From positions 1 through 54,629 of IMG/VR virus record IMGVR_UViG_3300038696_000641: a DNA stretch of 54,629 bases; one strand, 5' to 3'. The translations under genes were made by a program, and so were the position numbers. The notes under the pieces are model-generated. The model saw nothing but the letters and a program-made list of their open reading frames with translations, was not told the DNA's origin and searched no databases. Of this stretch, positions 33,441-41,983 are shown piece after piece (the stretch's first letter is position 1; each line of letters opens with the position of its first letter). Origin of the DNA: a virus (lineage: Duplodnaviria; Caudoviricetes).

Positions 33441-35769
33441 TCGGCATGCCTTCCTGTGGCATTGGCTGCTGTGGTTGGTCCTGTGCCTGCATGGCCTGCT
33501 GTTCCGCTATAGCCTGCTCTTGTGCGGCTATGGCTTGCTCCTCGATCGCCTGCTGTTCTGCGGCTGCGGCTTGTGCGGCTTCGTCCTGCGGTGACAGATA
33601 CCCTGAGCGATTCAGCACGTTGTCCACGACTGGGATCGCGGGCTTGGCGTTGATAATGCTGAGAGCCAGCTCCAAAGCGTCCTTTTGCGTCTTGATGTTG
33701 TCTTGCGGCATGCCTTTGAGAAGCTTTTGCGCCTCGGCCATGGTCTTTTCGGCGCGTGCCTGCTTTTCGGCGGCCTCGCCTTCGACCTTTGCCAGATTTG
33801 CCATGGCTGCACGCTGTTCCATCTCGCCTTGCGCCTGCTTGGCCTGTTCGCGGGCCTCGCGCTCTGGGTCTGGCGTATCGGGATCGGCGTCGGGGTCTTC
33901 CATGCCGGTCATCTGGCGAATGCGGTTTACGACTTCCTCGCCTGCGGGCAGGTCCATCATTTCAACAATGAGGTCGAGCAACACCATGACGATCTGCGGT
34001 GCGACTGGGCCGACCTGCGTGAGAAGCTGCATAAACTGGTCGACGGCTGCTTGGCGCAGGCTGGCGCTCCATGCGTCCTCTGAAATGATGTAGTCTGCCT
34101 TGCTGCGCACAATGTCGTTTTCTGGCAGGCCGTCGTTGACAGTCACGTAGTCAGGCGAACCGCGGCGGTTTGTGATCCGGAAGGTCTTTTCCTCGGTCAT
34201 AAACTGTTCAATGAGGCTGAGGGTCTTTTCGCCGTGTATCTGGCGGGCCAGACGCAAGTTGTCGAACATCTTGGCTGTGGACATGGCACCTTGGCTCTGG
34301 CGCGCCTCGATGGCCTTGCCGCTGGTGGCGTTGGTGGTGCGCCCCATGGCTTCGTCTGTGATGCCTGACAGGGTTTGCACCATCGACATGGACAGGTTCA
34401 TGATATCAAGATGCGCCGATGCTAGTTCGCGGTCGCTGTTGATTTCCAGATGCTTGCCCGGGTTCTTTACGATGATCGCGTCAGCGCGGCCGATTTCTTC
34501 CTCAAACTCGTCCAGATCATCCACGGCGCCCTTGTCCATGATCACCTTGTTGGAGTTGATGATGGATAGAGCCTTGGACAATCGCTTGTTGAGGTCTTTC
34601 TGGGCGCTGATCATGCCGCGAATGATGCCGTATGGCGTGCCGTCTGATGACTTCCGGTATCCCCATAGCGGCGTGAACGGGTATCTGTTGTGGCGGTATG
34701 GGCTGGGTGACAGCCAAAGCACGCCCTTAAGGGTCATGATCATCACGTACATGCGCTGCGTCAGGCGCTTTCGGACTTCGCCAAAGCCGGATGCAACCGA
34801 GGCTTGGTGGCCGATGCTTTCAGGATCAAAGATTTCGCCTGCAAACTCGCCGCCTGCCATGCGGTCTTCCATGACGGGTATCTTGAACCATGCCTCTATC
34901 AACCGCACGCGGTCGCGTGAGAACGATGGGTTATCGATGGTGTGGTATTGCCCGCCAGCAAGGTCGCCAAGCTCTTCAATGCTATCCATGGGATCATCGC
35001 CGTGACGATCACCGAATGCGCCCCACTCAAGGTGGCTTGATGTGCTGGCCTCAACGATGCCTGACCGCTCGGGGAACATGGCGCAGGCAGTATCGACGTC
35101 TACCCACTTTGTGCGAAAGATGAACCGCGCGTCTGACAGGTCCAGTTCCTTGGCTGATGTATCGTAGATGACATTGCGCCAGCTTTCATACCGCTCATAG
35201 ATCGGCTCGCCTTCGCTATCGTCCTGCAATCCGCTTTCAATCCAGCCCAGTCCGACCTTTGCCTGTTCTTCAAACGACCGGCTGATATGAAACTCGGTGC
35301 GGTTGACGTCGGACAGGTACTTGAGAAGCTGGCTCTTGCGTTCGGCACTCTGGCGGGAATCCTTGCTGCGTGGCAGGATTTTGTAATCAACGCGGGTCCG
35401 GCGCTCGGTTCCAAGCACCCAGTTGATGCTTTGCGCGATGACGTTGTAGGTCAACGGCTCTTGCCCGCGCGCTTGCAGGACCGCCATGTCCTCTTGTGAC
35501 CACTGCTCATGGTCGTAGTAGGCTTCATCCTGCTCCATGAGGCGGCGTGACTGGCCCTGTGCGTCCAGCTCGCGCAGATAGTGGCTGATCATGCGCTGGT
35601 GCAGCTCTGTGGCGCGCACGCTGTCCATATCGGACTTCACGGCCTTTTCGACGTCACCCATCAACAACAGGTTTGCCGATGGCACCTTGAAACGGTCTTC
35701 GGGGCGCTGGTTTGGCTTGGTATAGCTGTCAATCTGGCTTGGGATTGCGTCGTTGTATTGATCAGGCAT
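33433..35769 (-). CDS. portal protein (P22-like)
   Basis: YYDHEQWS..RGQEPLTYN, PYGIIRGM..QKDLNKR and long C-terminal helix; follows terL; start 35769 or 35808. Confidence 0.88.
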   Translation of the reverse strand: MPDQYNDAIPSQIDSYTKPNQRPEDRFKVPSANLLLMGDVEKAVKSDMDSVRATELHQRMISHYLRELDAQGQSRRLMEQDEAYYDHEQWSQEDMAVLQARGQEPLTYNVIAQSINWVLGTERRTRVDYKILPRSKDSRQSAERKSQLLKYLSDVNRTEFHISRSFEEQAKVGLGWIESGLQDDSEGEPIYERYESWRNVIYDTSAKELDLSDARFIFRTKWVDVDTACAMFPERSGIVEASTSSHLEWGAFGDRHGDDPMDSIEELGDLAGGQYHTIDNPSFSRDRVRLIEAWFKIPVMEDRMAGGEFAGEIFDPESIGHQASVASGFGEVRKRLTQRMYVMIMTLKGVLWLSPSPYRHNRYPFTPLWGYRKSSDGTPYGIIRGMISAQKDLNKRLSKALSIINSNKVIMDKGAVDDLDEFEEEIGRADAIIVKNPGKHLEINSDRELASAHLDIMNLSMSMVQTLSGITDEAMGRTTNATSGKAIEARQSQGAMSTAKMFDNLRLARQIHGEKTLSLIEQFMTEEKTFRITNRRGSPDYVTVNDGLPENDIVRSKADYIISEDAWSASLRQAAVDQFMQLLTQVGPVAPQIVMVLLDLIVEMMDLPAGEEVVNRIRQMTGMEDPDADPDTPDPEREAREQAKQAQGEMEQRAAMANLAKVEGEAAEKQARAEKTMAEAQKLLKGMPQDNIKTQKDALELALSIINAKPAIPVVDNVLNRSGYLSPQDEAAQAAAAEQQAIEEQAIAAQEQAIAEQQAMQAQDQPQQPMPQEGMPIG

Positions 35770-36238
35770 GGTCTTTGACCTCACGGTGGACTTCTTGTCC
35801 GGTGTCATTGTTGGTGATGATCAGGTCGGCTGCGACTTCCATGCCTTCGCGTGGCATTGGCGGCAGGGCCAGCAATTCGCCCATCAGGTCGCGCACGATG
35901 CTGACGATCTTGATCACGTTCTTGATGTTGTTGGGGTTGAACCCGAGATTGGCGCAGAAGATCGCGGCTGTGATGGCAACGTCACCTTCGTCGCCTGTCT
36001 CTTCGGCCCACCGCCAAGCGTCGTCTTGCAGGATCACGCAAGGCGTGATGCGCTCATGGTTGATCCGGTCCACACGCGGGGTCAGCACCATGCAACGCTG
36101 GCCGGTGAGAAAGTTCCACGTCAGCCAGATCAACACGTCGCCACGCGAATAGACGGCATGGTTCTTGGTCAGGTCGTATGGGGCTCTGTATTCGCTGCCA
36201 CCCGCGTTTGAATGGCCGATTGATTGGTGCTGTGTCAT
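35762..36238 (-). CDS. hypothetical protein between terL and portal
   Basis: ORF coupled to both neighbours; start taken at MTQHQ. Confidence 0.6.
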   Translation of the reverse strand: MTQHQSIGHSNAGGSEYRAPYDLTKNHAVYSRGDVLIWLTWNFLTGQRCMVLTPRVDRINHERITPCVILQDDAWRWAEETGDEGDVAITAAIFCANLGFNPNNIKNVIKIVSIVRDLMGELLALPPMPREGMEVAADLIITNNDTGQEVHREVKDHA

Positions 36239-37839
36239 ACCCACATGCCTCCCTTTGGTCTGTTTCTGCGGCGCGGACGTGTCGGGCCTGAGATGATGGT
36301 TGGGTCGTAGCCTTGGGCCCACTGGCGGAATGCGTCAGCGGCCTCTGAATGGCCTGTCAGTTTCTCTGGCTCGTTTGTGAAAACGCCGAGTGTCGAGTTC
36401 CATTTTTTGCGGTAAAGGCGCAGGTGTTCGAGCCCATCTTTGCAGCCTTCGGCGTCGAACCATGCTTCATTGAATTTTGCGCGCGTCTGGTTGATGCCGT
36501 GCAGAAGCTCGTGGACCCGCGGAACAACATTGAAATGCCAGTCGGGTGCGAGCTGCCGCAGGTCATCGATAGGGGCCCGGACACCATCCATGGTCTGACG
36601 TTTGTTTTCGGCATCGTGCGGCAGGTAATGCGCGCCGAAGAGAAAGCCTGTCTCGCGCAGTTCCTTGATGAAATGAGCGTAACCGAGCGACCAACCCTCG
36701 ATGTACCGCAAGAACCGGTGCTGTGCGCCGACATGCTGCATGATCCAGACGCCAGTGCCATCCGATGCGCCGATGTCCCAAAAGGTATGACAAAGAATGC
36801 CTTCGATGTGGGGTATTGTCGTGATGCGGCGCTCTTTTCGCAGCATGACGAACTGTCTGGCAAAGAACGTGCCTTCGGTGGACTTCTGCCAGCACTCTTT
36901 GCTGGTCGACGGCATTTCCCGCCACATCTGCTCTTGATCGCCCGCGAAGTCGTTCTCGCGGCGCAGGACATACCATGCGCGCTGTCGTAGGCTGATCTTT
37001 GCGCCCGTTTCCGCCTCGACCTCGGCAAAGTATTCGTGATCAGCGTCCGTGAATGTCACGCCTTCAGGATTGGACTCGTATTCGCCTGCCTTCCACCAGG
37101 GGAAGAAGTGGAAGGCCCACTCTTCCCCCTTGAGCTTTTCACCTGAATCGAACAATTCCTCGGCGCGGGTTGTCATTTCATAGAAGGCACCCTCGCTGCC
37201 CTCTGCGGTGCTTTCGATCACTGCGACGCCTTTACTGGGGACAGATGGCAGTGAGCCTGTGACGATCTCTGCGGCTTTCTGGGGTTGCTTGGCGGCAACC
37301 TTGCCCATCTCGGACACGTGCAGCCTGTGAAACGTGCCGGATCGCGCTGATACGGTCACTTCGATCGCGCTGTTGTTATGCTCGAACACCAGCTCTTCGG
37401 CTGACTGGCGCAATAGGCCCATAGCGCCATCTCGCGCCCATTCCGGCATCCGGTTGTAGGCAAACAAAACCTTGTCACGCAGGATGCGCTCTGCGGCGTT
37501 CTTGGTGTGGGCGATGATGCAGCAACGCTGGTCTGCATTGAATAGCGCATGATCGAGCCAAAGGATCGCTATGAGCGTTGTGAACCCGAGCTGTCGAGCT
37601 TTAAGGATGATGTTGCGATAGTGCAGCTTCTTGAGGAAAGCGCGTTGTGACTGGTTGGGGATGAATGGCATGACGTATGCTGTGCTGTCGTCGTCGCCTT
37701 CGTCCTCTTTGGCCATGATGCAGTAGAGCTGGCCTGAGAAAATTCGCCACTCCCAGCAATTAAGGCACGCAACGATTTCATCATGCGTCTTGGGAATGAA
37801 TGACGGATCAATCTTTGGAGGCGAAGCGAGCGCGTTCAT
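36235..37839 (-). CDS. terL: terminase large subunit
   Basis: Walker A KARQLGFTT, Walker B LHVSE, ESTAEG, nuclease WDIG..D and SEAADAFR. Confidence 0.92.
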   Translation of the reverse strand: MNALASPPKIDPSFIPKTHDEIVACLNCWEWRIFSGQLYCIMAKEDEGDDDSTAYVMPFIPNQSQRAFLKKLHYRNIILKARQLGFTTLIAILWLDHALFNADQRCCIIAHTKNAAERILRDKVLFAYNRMPEWARDGAMGLLRQSAEELVFEHNNSAIEVTVSARSGTFHRLHVSEMGKVAAKQPQKAAEIVTGSLPSVPSKGVAVIESTAEGSEGAFYEMTTRAEELFDSGEKLKGEEWAFHFFPWWKAGEYESNPEGVTFTDADHEYFAEVEAETGAKISLRQRAWYVLRRENDFAGDQEQMWREMPSTSKECWQKSTEGTFFARQFVMLRKERRITTIPHIEGILCHTFWDIGASDGTGVWIMQHVGAQHRFLRYIEGWSLGYAHFIKELRETGFLFGAHYLPHDAENKRQTMDGVRAPIDDLRQLAPDWHFNVVPRVHELLHGINQTRAKFNEAWFDAEGCKDGLEHLRLYRKKWNSTLGVFTNEPEKLTGHSEAADAFRQWAQGYDPTIISGPTRPRRRNRPKGGMWV

Positions 37840-38414
37840 CAGTCGTCGTCTTCCGCCGTCGCAATCGGGGCTGCGCTGCCGCGCTTGGATATCTCCTGAA
37901 TTGCGAGAGCAAGGCGATCAACGACTTCGTTCTTAGACGTGTCGCTCATGCCAAGATATGTGCCCAGCTTCTCAAGTGCCTTGAGCCGGTCCATTGGCTT
38001 GACCTTGACGGTAATGATTTCCTTGTCGGGCTGATTTTGGTCGCCTTTCCCTTTGCCGGGTTCGCGTCGGATGACTGCTGTTGTGTCTTCAAGCAGGTCC
38101 AGTTCTTCCTCGGTGCAGTCGGACAGGTCGATTACAGGAAGACCTTCATCATCCACGCGGATGAATTTGCTCATGCCTGTGAAGGCGATTCGCTCATACT
38201 CCGCAATGACGTCATCGAGTGTCTTAGCCGCTCGCTTCGCCCCTTCTTCGGAAAGCTGCTTAACGCGGGCTATGACCTTTTCATTTCCTTTCAGGCGGGA
38301 TGCGTTGCCATCGTTCTTCTTAAAGCCTGCTTCAACGTATGCGGCGCTGGCAGATAAGCCCAAAGCCATGCCCTGTGCGAACTTTTCATGCTTTGGATTG
38401 GATAGAACGCCCAT
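37839..38414 (-). CDS. terS: terminase small subunit
   Basis: NPKHEKFAQ..AY..AG..NASRL and DRLKALEKLG..LGM motifs; directly upstream of terL. Confidence 0.88.
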   Translation of the reverse strand: MGVLSNPKHEKFAQGMALGLSASAAYVEAGFKKNDGNASRLKGNEKVIARVKQLSEEGAKRAAKTLDDVIAEYERIAFTGMSKFIRVDDEGLPVIDLSDCTEEELDLLEDTTAVIRREPGKGKGDQNQPDKEIITVKVKPMDRLKALEKLGTYLGMSDTSKNEVVDRLALAIQEISKRGSAAPIATAEDDD

Positions 38415-38417
38415 TTT

Positions 38418-38474
38418 ATACCATATCTTGTGTCTGATGCCCGCTTATGGGGTCACATATACAACATATAGTAT
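38418..38474. promoter_or_regulatory. tandem NrdR-box-like pair immediately upstream of terS
   Basis: ATACCATATCTTGTGT (38418-38433, identical to the capsid box) and ATACAACATATAGTAT (38459-38474), 41 bp apart. Confidence 0.7.
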
Positions 38475-38501
38475 CTTCAATAAAGCATTACCGTTTGAAT
38501 G

Positions 38502-38531
38502 AAAAAACCCGCCTCACATAAGTGGGCGGGT
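38502..38531 (-). terminator. rho-independent terminator separating accessory genes from the late region
   Basis: CCCGCCTCAC-ATAA-GTGGGCGGG hairpin followed by T6 on the minus strand. Confidence 0.75.
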
Positions 38532-38597
38532 CTTGATGTATTCCGCACTCAATACGACTGCGGCGGATAACTGCTGTTAGGCTATGGCTTCATGCAA

Positions 38598-38840
38598 TCA
38601 GTATTGCTCCCAAGCATCACGGTCGCAGTGAAGGTTTTGAGCCAGTCCTTCCGCGCAGATGCGGGCGGCGTCATAGGTTTCATGATCAGCTTCATTGTTT
38701 ATATCAAATGATTGCTCTGGGTCGTCTGGCGTATCGACGCGAATATACGTTGACCACCCATCAGCCTGCTTATGGTTATCTGTGTATTCGGTTGAACCAT
38801 CAGGCAGTGCTTTGAAGGCGTGCATATGAACGGTAATCAT
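38598..38840 (-). CDS. hypothetical protein
   Basis: 80-aa acidic ORF with ATGA coupling. Confidence 0.55.
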   Translation of the reverse strand: MITVHMHAFKALPDGSTEYTDNHKQADGWSTYIRVDTPDDPEQSFDINNEADHETYDAARICAEGLAQNLHCDRDAWEQY

Positions 38841-39349
38841 TCCGATACCTCCATATCCAAAGCCAGCAAATTTGCGGTTTCTAAGGCCTTCTCAAGCGCC
38901 TCTGCTTCTGCTTGCTTTTGCGCGTACCGCAAACGATCTGCAATTTGGGCTTCTTCCCACTGTGCAACGGTCATGTATTCATGGCCTTTGTCGCCGTAGT
39001 ATGCCCGCAGCTCTTCACCAGTCTCAATGTCATAAGGTAATGCGCTGTCTTCGGCTCCACAATTTCCGCAGAAGCTATCGCCCGACGGATCGCCGTCGCT
39101 TTCATATGATTGCGTTTCATCGTCAAATTGGGTTGTGGAGTCCCAATACACCCAGCCTTCCGCCTCGTCGCAGTTGCGACATTTGTATGTGATCTTGCGA
39201 CTGTCCGAGCTTGGTGTAAGCCGGTCGATCTGGGCGATGATATCCGCGAGGCTTTTATCCTCCGCATCAGTCGTCATGTCTGTGCGCTCTGCATTCCAGT
39301 GAAGGGCACGCAAGAGATTGGCTTGTTCAAGTGTGATGCGAATGTTCAT
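38837..39349 (-). CDS. hypothetical protein with two CxxC motifs
   Basis: CRNC and CGNC; coupled ORF. Confidence 0.6.
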   Translation of the reverse strand: MNIRITLEQANLLRALHWNAERTDMTTDAEDKSLADIIAQIDRLTPSSDSRKITYKCRNCDEAEGWVYWDSTTQFDDETQSYESDGDPSGDSFCGNCGAEDSALPYDIETGEELRAYYGDKGHEYMTVAQWEEAQIADRLRYAQKQAEAEALEKALETANLLALDMEVSE

Positions 39350-39810
39350 GATGCCACCTCGACCATTCCTGCCAGTGGCGAGAAGATCATCTGGGGCTCA
39401 TGTGGCGTTTCGCAATGATCGGGATTGTCCCATGCCTCAATGAAGTCCGCCAGCCAGTTTACAATGCCGAAATCGGCAAGCTCATGGTGCGTTGTCGCAT
39501 AGTATTCCGCAAGAACCTCGTCTGCGCTGATGCACGGCAGGCCATGCAGGTTGCAGAAGGCATTGAGCATGTCGGACATTTGATCCAGAACAAGATCACC
39601 GGCGGCGTTGTGCGGCGCATCACAGTGATCGAGAGATACCATGGTTACATCGGCCTCGTCGGGGTTCTTGAAGTGCGCTTGAACACCCAGTGACATGTGG
39701 TGCTTTGCCATCATCTTCTGAACGGGCGTGAAGCCGCTAACCTCAAGGAATGCTTCCAGCGTTGATACCTGCGGGTCACATCCATCAATGAAAAGTGCGA
39801 TATTTGTCAT
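39346..39810 (-). CDS. hypothetical protein
   Basis: Coupled ORF; start taken at MTNIAL. Confidence 0.55.
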   Translation of the reverse strand: MTNIALFIDGCDPQVSTLEAFLEVSGFTPVQKMMAKHHMSLGVQAHFKNPDEADVTMVSLDHCDAPHNAAGDLVLDQMSDMLNAFCNLHGLPCISADEVLAEYYATTHHELADFGIVNWLADFIEAWDNPDHCETPHEPQMIFSPLAGMVEVAS

Positions 39811-39812
39811 GA

Positions 39813-40160
39813 TTACAGGCCCTTTTCTTCGAGTTTCGCTGCCACCATCTCGGCACCAACGATGATGCTGCGGGCCCATGGTGTGTCGGTCATATCGCTG
39901 ATGACTTCGGACGGCAGGTTGCCATGCACCAAGAAGATCGCCGCATGCAGATCGCCGTCACGGACACGCAGGGTGGTTTCATCTGTTGCGGCGACTTCGG
40001 CGGTGATGGCTGCATAGTCATCGGAGCTGCGGATCGCGAACTCTTCCCCGTCATGCACGCTGATCGTGCAGCCAATAGCCAGTGCGTCTTTGATCAGGCG
40101 GTCGATAACCTTGCGCTCATTGCGGTCAAGGTGATCGGGATATGCGGCGTTTTTGGTCAT
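39813..40160 (-). CDS. hypothetical protein
   Basis: 115 aa (ISVHDGEE...LVHGN...ISD); first gene of the accessory operon, with GGAG RBS. Confidence 0.6.
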   Translation of the reverse strand: MTKNAAYPDHLDRNERKVIDRLIKDALAIGCTISVHDGEEFAIRSSDDYAAITAEVAATDETTLRVRDGDLHAAIFLVHGNLPSEVISDMTDTPWARSIIVGAEMVAAKLEEKGL

Positions 40161-40276
40161 TCTTTAATCTCCGGCGTTGCGGTTGTTGCGTTGTCGTGTG
40201 ATAGGGCATATGCGATATATGTTATACACGTCAATACCGCATATGTGAAATATGTTAAATATGTTAGGAACCATCC

Positions 40277-40435
40277 ATGGGACGAAAGCCGACGCACCCT
40301 ATCAAGAGGCAAATTTCCTTTGATCAGGACATGATTGACCGCATCGATGATTGGCGCAGGACGCAAACGCCAATCCCGAACTTCTCCGAGGCGCTGCGCG
40401 CACTGGTGGATATGCAACTGGCGTCAAACCCCTGA
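40277..40435 (+). CDS. ribbon-helix-helix regulator (52 aa, absent from the ORF track)
   Basis: Manual translation MGRKPTHPIKRQISFDQDMIDRIDDWRRTQTPIPNFSEALRALVDMQLASNP; AGGA RBS; divergent from the accessory operon. Confidence 0.7.
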   Translation: MGRKPTHPIKRQISFDQDMIDRIDDWRRTQTPIPNFSEALRALVDMQLASNP

Positions 40436-40438
40436 GCA

Positions 40439-40648
40439 TCACAGCCGCCAGTCCAGTTGGCGATCTTCAATCTCGCGCATGAGGTCATCGGCCTTTGGAT
40501 TGCCGTGCCTCTCTGCCGTCTTGTAGCAGTTGAGCAGGTATTCGTCGGACATGTCCTCGATCCAGACAATGCCGTCATGTGACATCCACCTGTCGCGCGG
40601 CAGGCCCTCTTGGGGGTCGTATTCGGGCGTTGACGCAGGCTTACCCAT
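40439..40648 (-). CDS. hypothetical protein
   Basis: W..HDG..IEDMSDEYLLN segment; start taken at MGKPAS. Confidence 0.5.
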   Translation of the reverse strand: MGKPASTPEYDPQEGLPRDRWMSHDGIVWIEDMSDEYLLNCYKTAERHGNPKADDLMREIEDRQLDWRL

Positions 40649-40814
40649 CGTCCTGCTCCATAGCCCTGTAAACACGGTTGGTCATTGCGCTGATGCCCGA
40701 TCTGGACAGCCCAAAGGTCTTGGCAAGCTGTTGCGTTGAAATACCCAGCGCGCGACCTTCCAAAAGGCGAAGAAGGCGCTCGTCTTCCTCTCTGGTTTTG
40801 GGCTGGATGCTCAT
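40641..40814 (-). CDS. small HTH-like protein (57 aa, absent from the ORF track)
   Basis: MSIQPKTREEDERLLRLLEGRALGISTQQLAKTFGLSRSGISAMTNRV...; ATGA overlap with the MTase stop. Confidence 0.55.
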   Translation of the reverse strand: MSIQPKTREEDERLLRLLEGRALGISTQQLAKTFGLSRSGISAMTNRVYRAMEQDDG

Positions 40815-41983
40815 GCCATGTCCTCAATCATTTGAATGCGCGTTCCGATCCAGCGCATGCAGTTGACGGCCATTGAGTTGCCTAGTGCCTTGTAACGCGG
40901 CCCGCCTGGGCATTGATCCGCAGGCTTGCCGCACCAAGGTATCTGTGTGTGGTGGTCTGGAAAGCCCTGGAGGCGCTCGCACTCCACGGGCGTCAGGCGG
41001 CGCACAGCCCATGCAAAATCCGCAGCGAAAGCAATGGCCTGCGTTTGCGGGGATGATGCCCCCAGCGGGCCAGTGCGATCACCAGTCACTTCAGGGTCTT
41101 CTCTGCTGTTGAACGCGATCAGGTCCGTTGCGTCCTTGTGGTCGCGGGCCTTTACCGTTGATGCCGTGCCATCATCAGAATATTCGCCAAAGGCGGTCAT
41201 GCGAGCGGCAATCACAGGGTCTTGCCCTCTTGTGTCTCCGGCGCGTTCAACACCTCGGCCACTTGCTGTAAGGCTTGGCGCAATGTTGGCGGCAAGTCCT
41301 TTCCCCGCTTTTCGGCACGGTTGAGTATCCCAGCGCAGGCTTTCTGGCTCAAATAGTACCGCTGCGGAACGGCGCCAGTCACCAAGATATCCGACAACGA
41401 ACACACGCCGGCGTCTTTGAGGGACAGCCCGTCCAATCCCGTCCACTCGCACGTATTGAGCGTCAAGCACGCGGTAGGCAAGGCCGTAGGCGTCACCGAT
41501 ACCTGCAACGATTCCGCTGTTCTTCCATCCTTCGGCTGGGACTGCGACTTTCGTCCCGCTGAGGTCGCCCAGAAATCGCGCAAAGTCTCGTCCTTCGTTA
41601 CTGGACAAAACGCCGGGGACGTTTTCCCAAACGATCCAGTTGGGGCGGTATCGAGCAGCAGTCTCGATATAGGTAAGGGTGAGGCTTCCTCGATCGCCAG
41701 CCATGCCCGCGCGAAGTCCTGCCACGGAGTAATCTTGGCAAGGGGTTCCTCCAACAAGAACGTCGATTGCATGGTCGGGCCACTCCTTAAAATTTGTCAT
41801 ATCACCGTAATTCGGGACACCGTTTCCGGTCACAGGTTCATCCGGCATGTTGCTGCCGTAGTGATGCGCCAGAACAGCCGATGGAAACTTTTCGATTTCG
41901 CTGAAAAACGTGGGAGTCCACCCCAGTGGGGACCATGCTTGAGAAGCAGCCTCAATCCCCGAGCATACAGATCCATACCTCAT
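40811..41983 (-). CDS. DNA cytosine-C5 methyltransferase
   Basis: Motifs SVCSGI, GGTPCQ, WENV, QRRRRVF, RRLTPVECERLQGFP, YKALGNS. Confidence 0.93.
   Translation of the reverse strand: MRYGSVCSGIEAASQAWSPLGWTPTFFSEIEKFPSAVLAHHYGSNMPDEPVTGNGVPNYGDMTNFKEWPDHAIDVLVGGTPCQDYSVAGLRAGMAGDRGSLTLTYIETAARYRPNWIVWENVPGVLSSNEGRDFARFLGDLSGTKVAVPAEGWKNSGIVAGIGDAYGLAYRVLDAQYVRVDGIGRAVPQRRRRVFVVGYLGDWRRSAAVLFEPESLRWDTQPCRKAGKGLAANIAPSLTASGRGVERAGDTRGQDPVIAARMTAFGEYSDDGTASTVKARDHKDATDLIAFNSREDPEVTGDRTGPLGASSPQTQAIAFAADFAWAVRRLTPVECERLQGFPDHHTQIPWCGKPADQCPGGPRYKALGNSMAVNCMRWIGTRIQMIEDMA
41212..41772 (-). CDS. nested alternative-frame ORF in the MTase gene (M.EcoHK31I beta-like)
   Basis: 186 aa with CSLSDIL..P.RYYLS..AC.GIL.RA..RGK.LP..L..AL. 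Confidence 0.55.
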   Translation of the reverse strand: MQSTFLLEEPLAKITPWQDFARAWLAIEEASPLPISRLLLDTAPTGSFGKTSPAFCPVTKDETLRDFWATSAGRKSQSQPKDGRTAESLQVSVTPTALPTACLTLNTCEWTGLDGLSLKDAGVCSLSDILVTGAVPQRYYLSQKACAGILNRAEKRGKDLPPTLRQALQQVAEVLNAPETQEGKTL

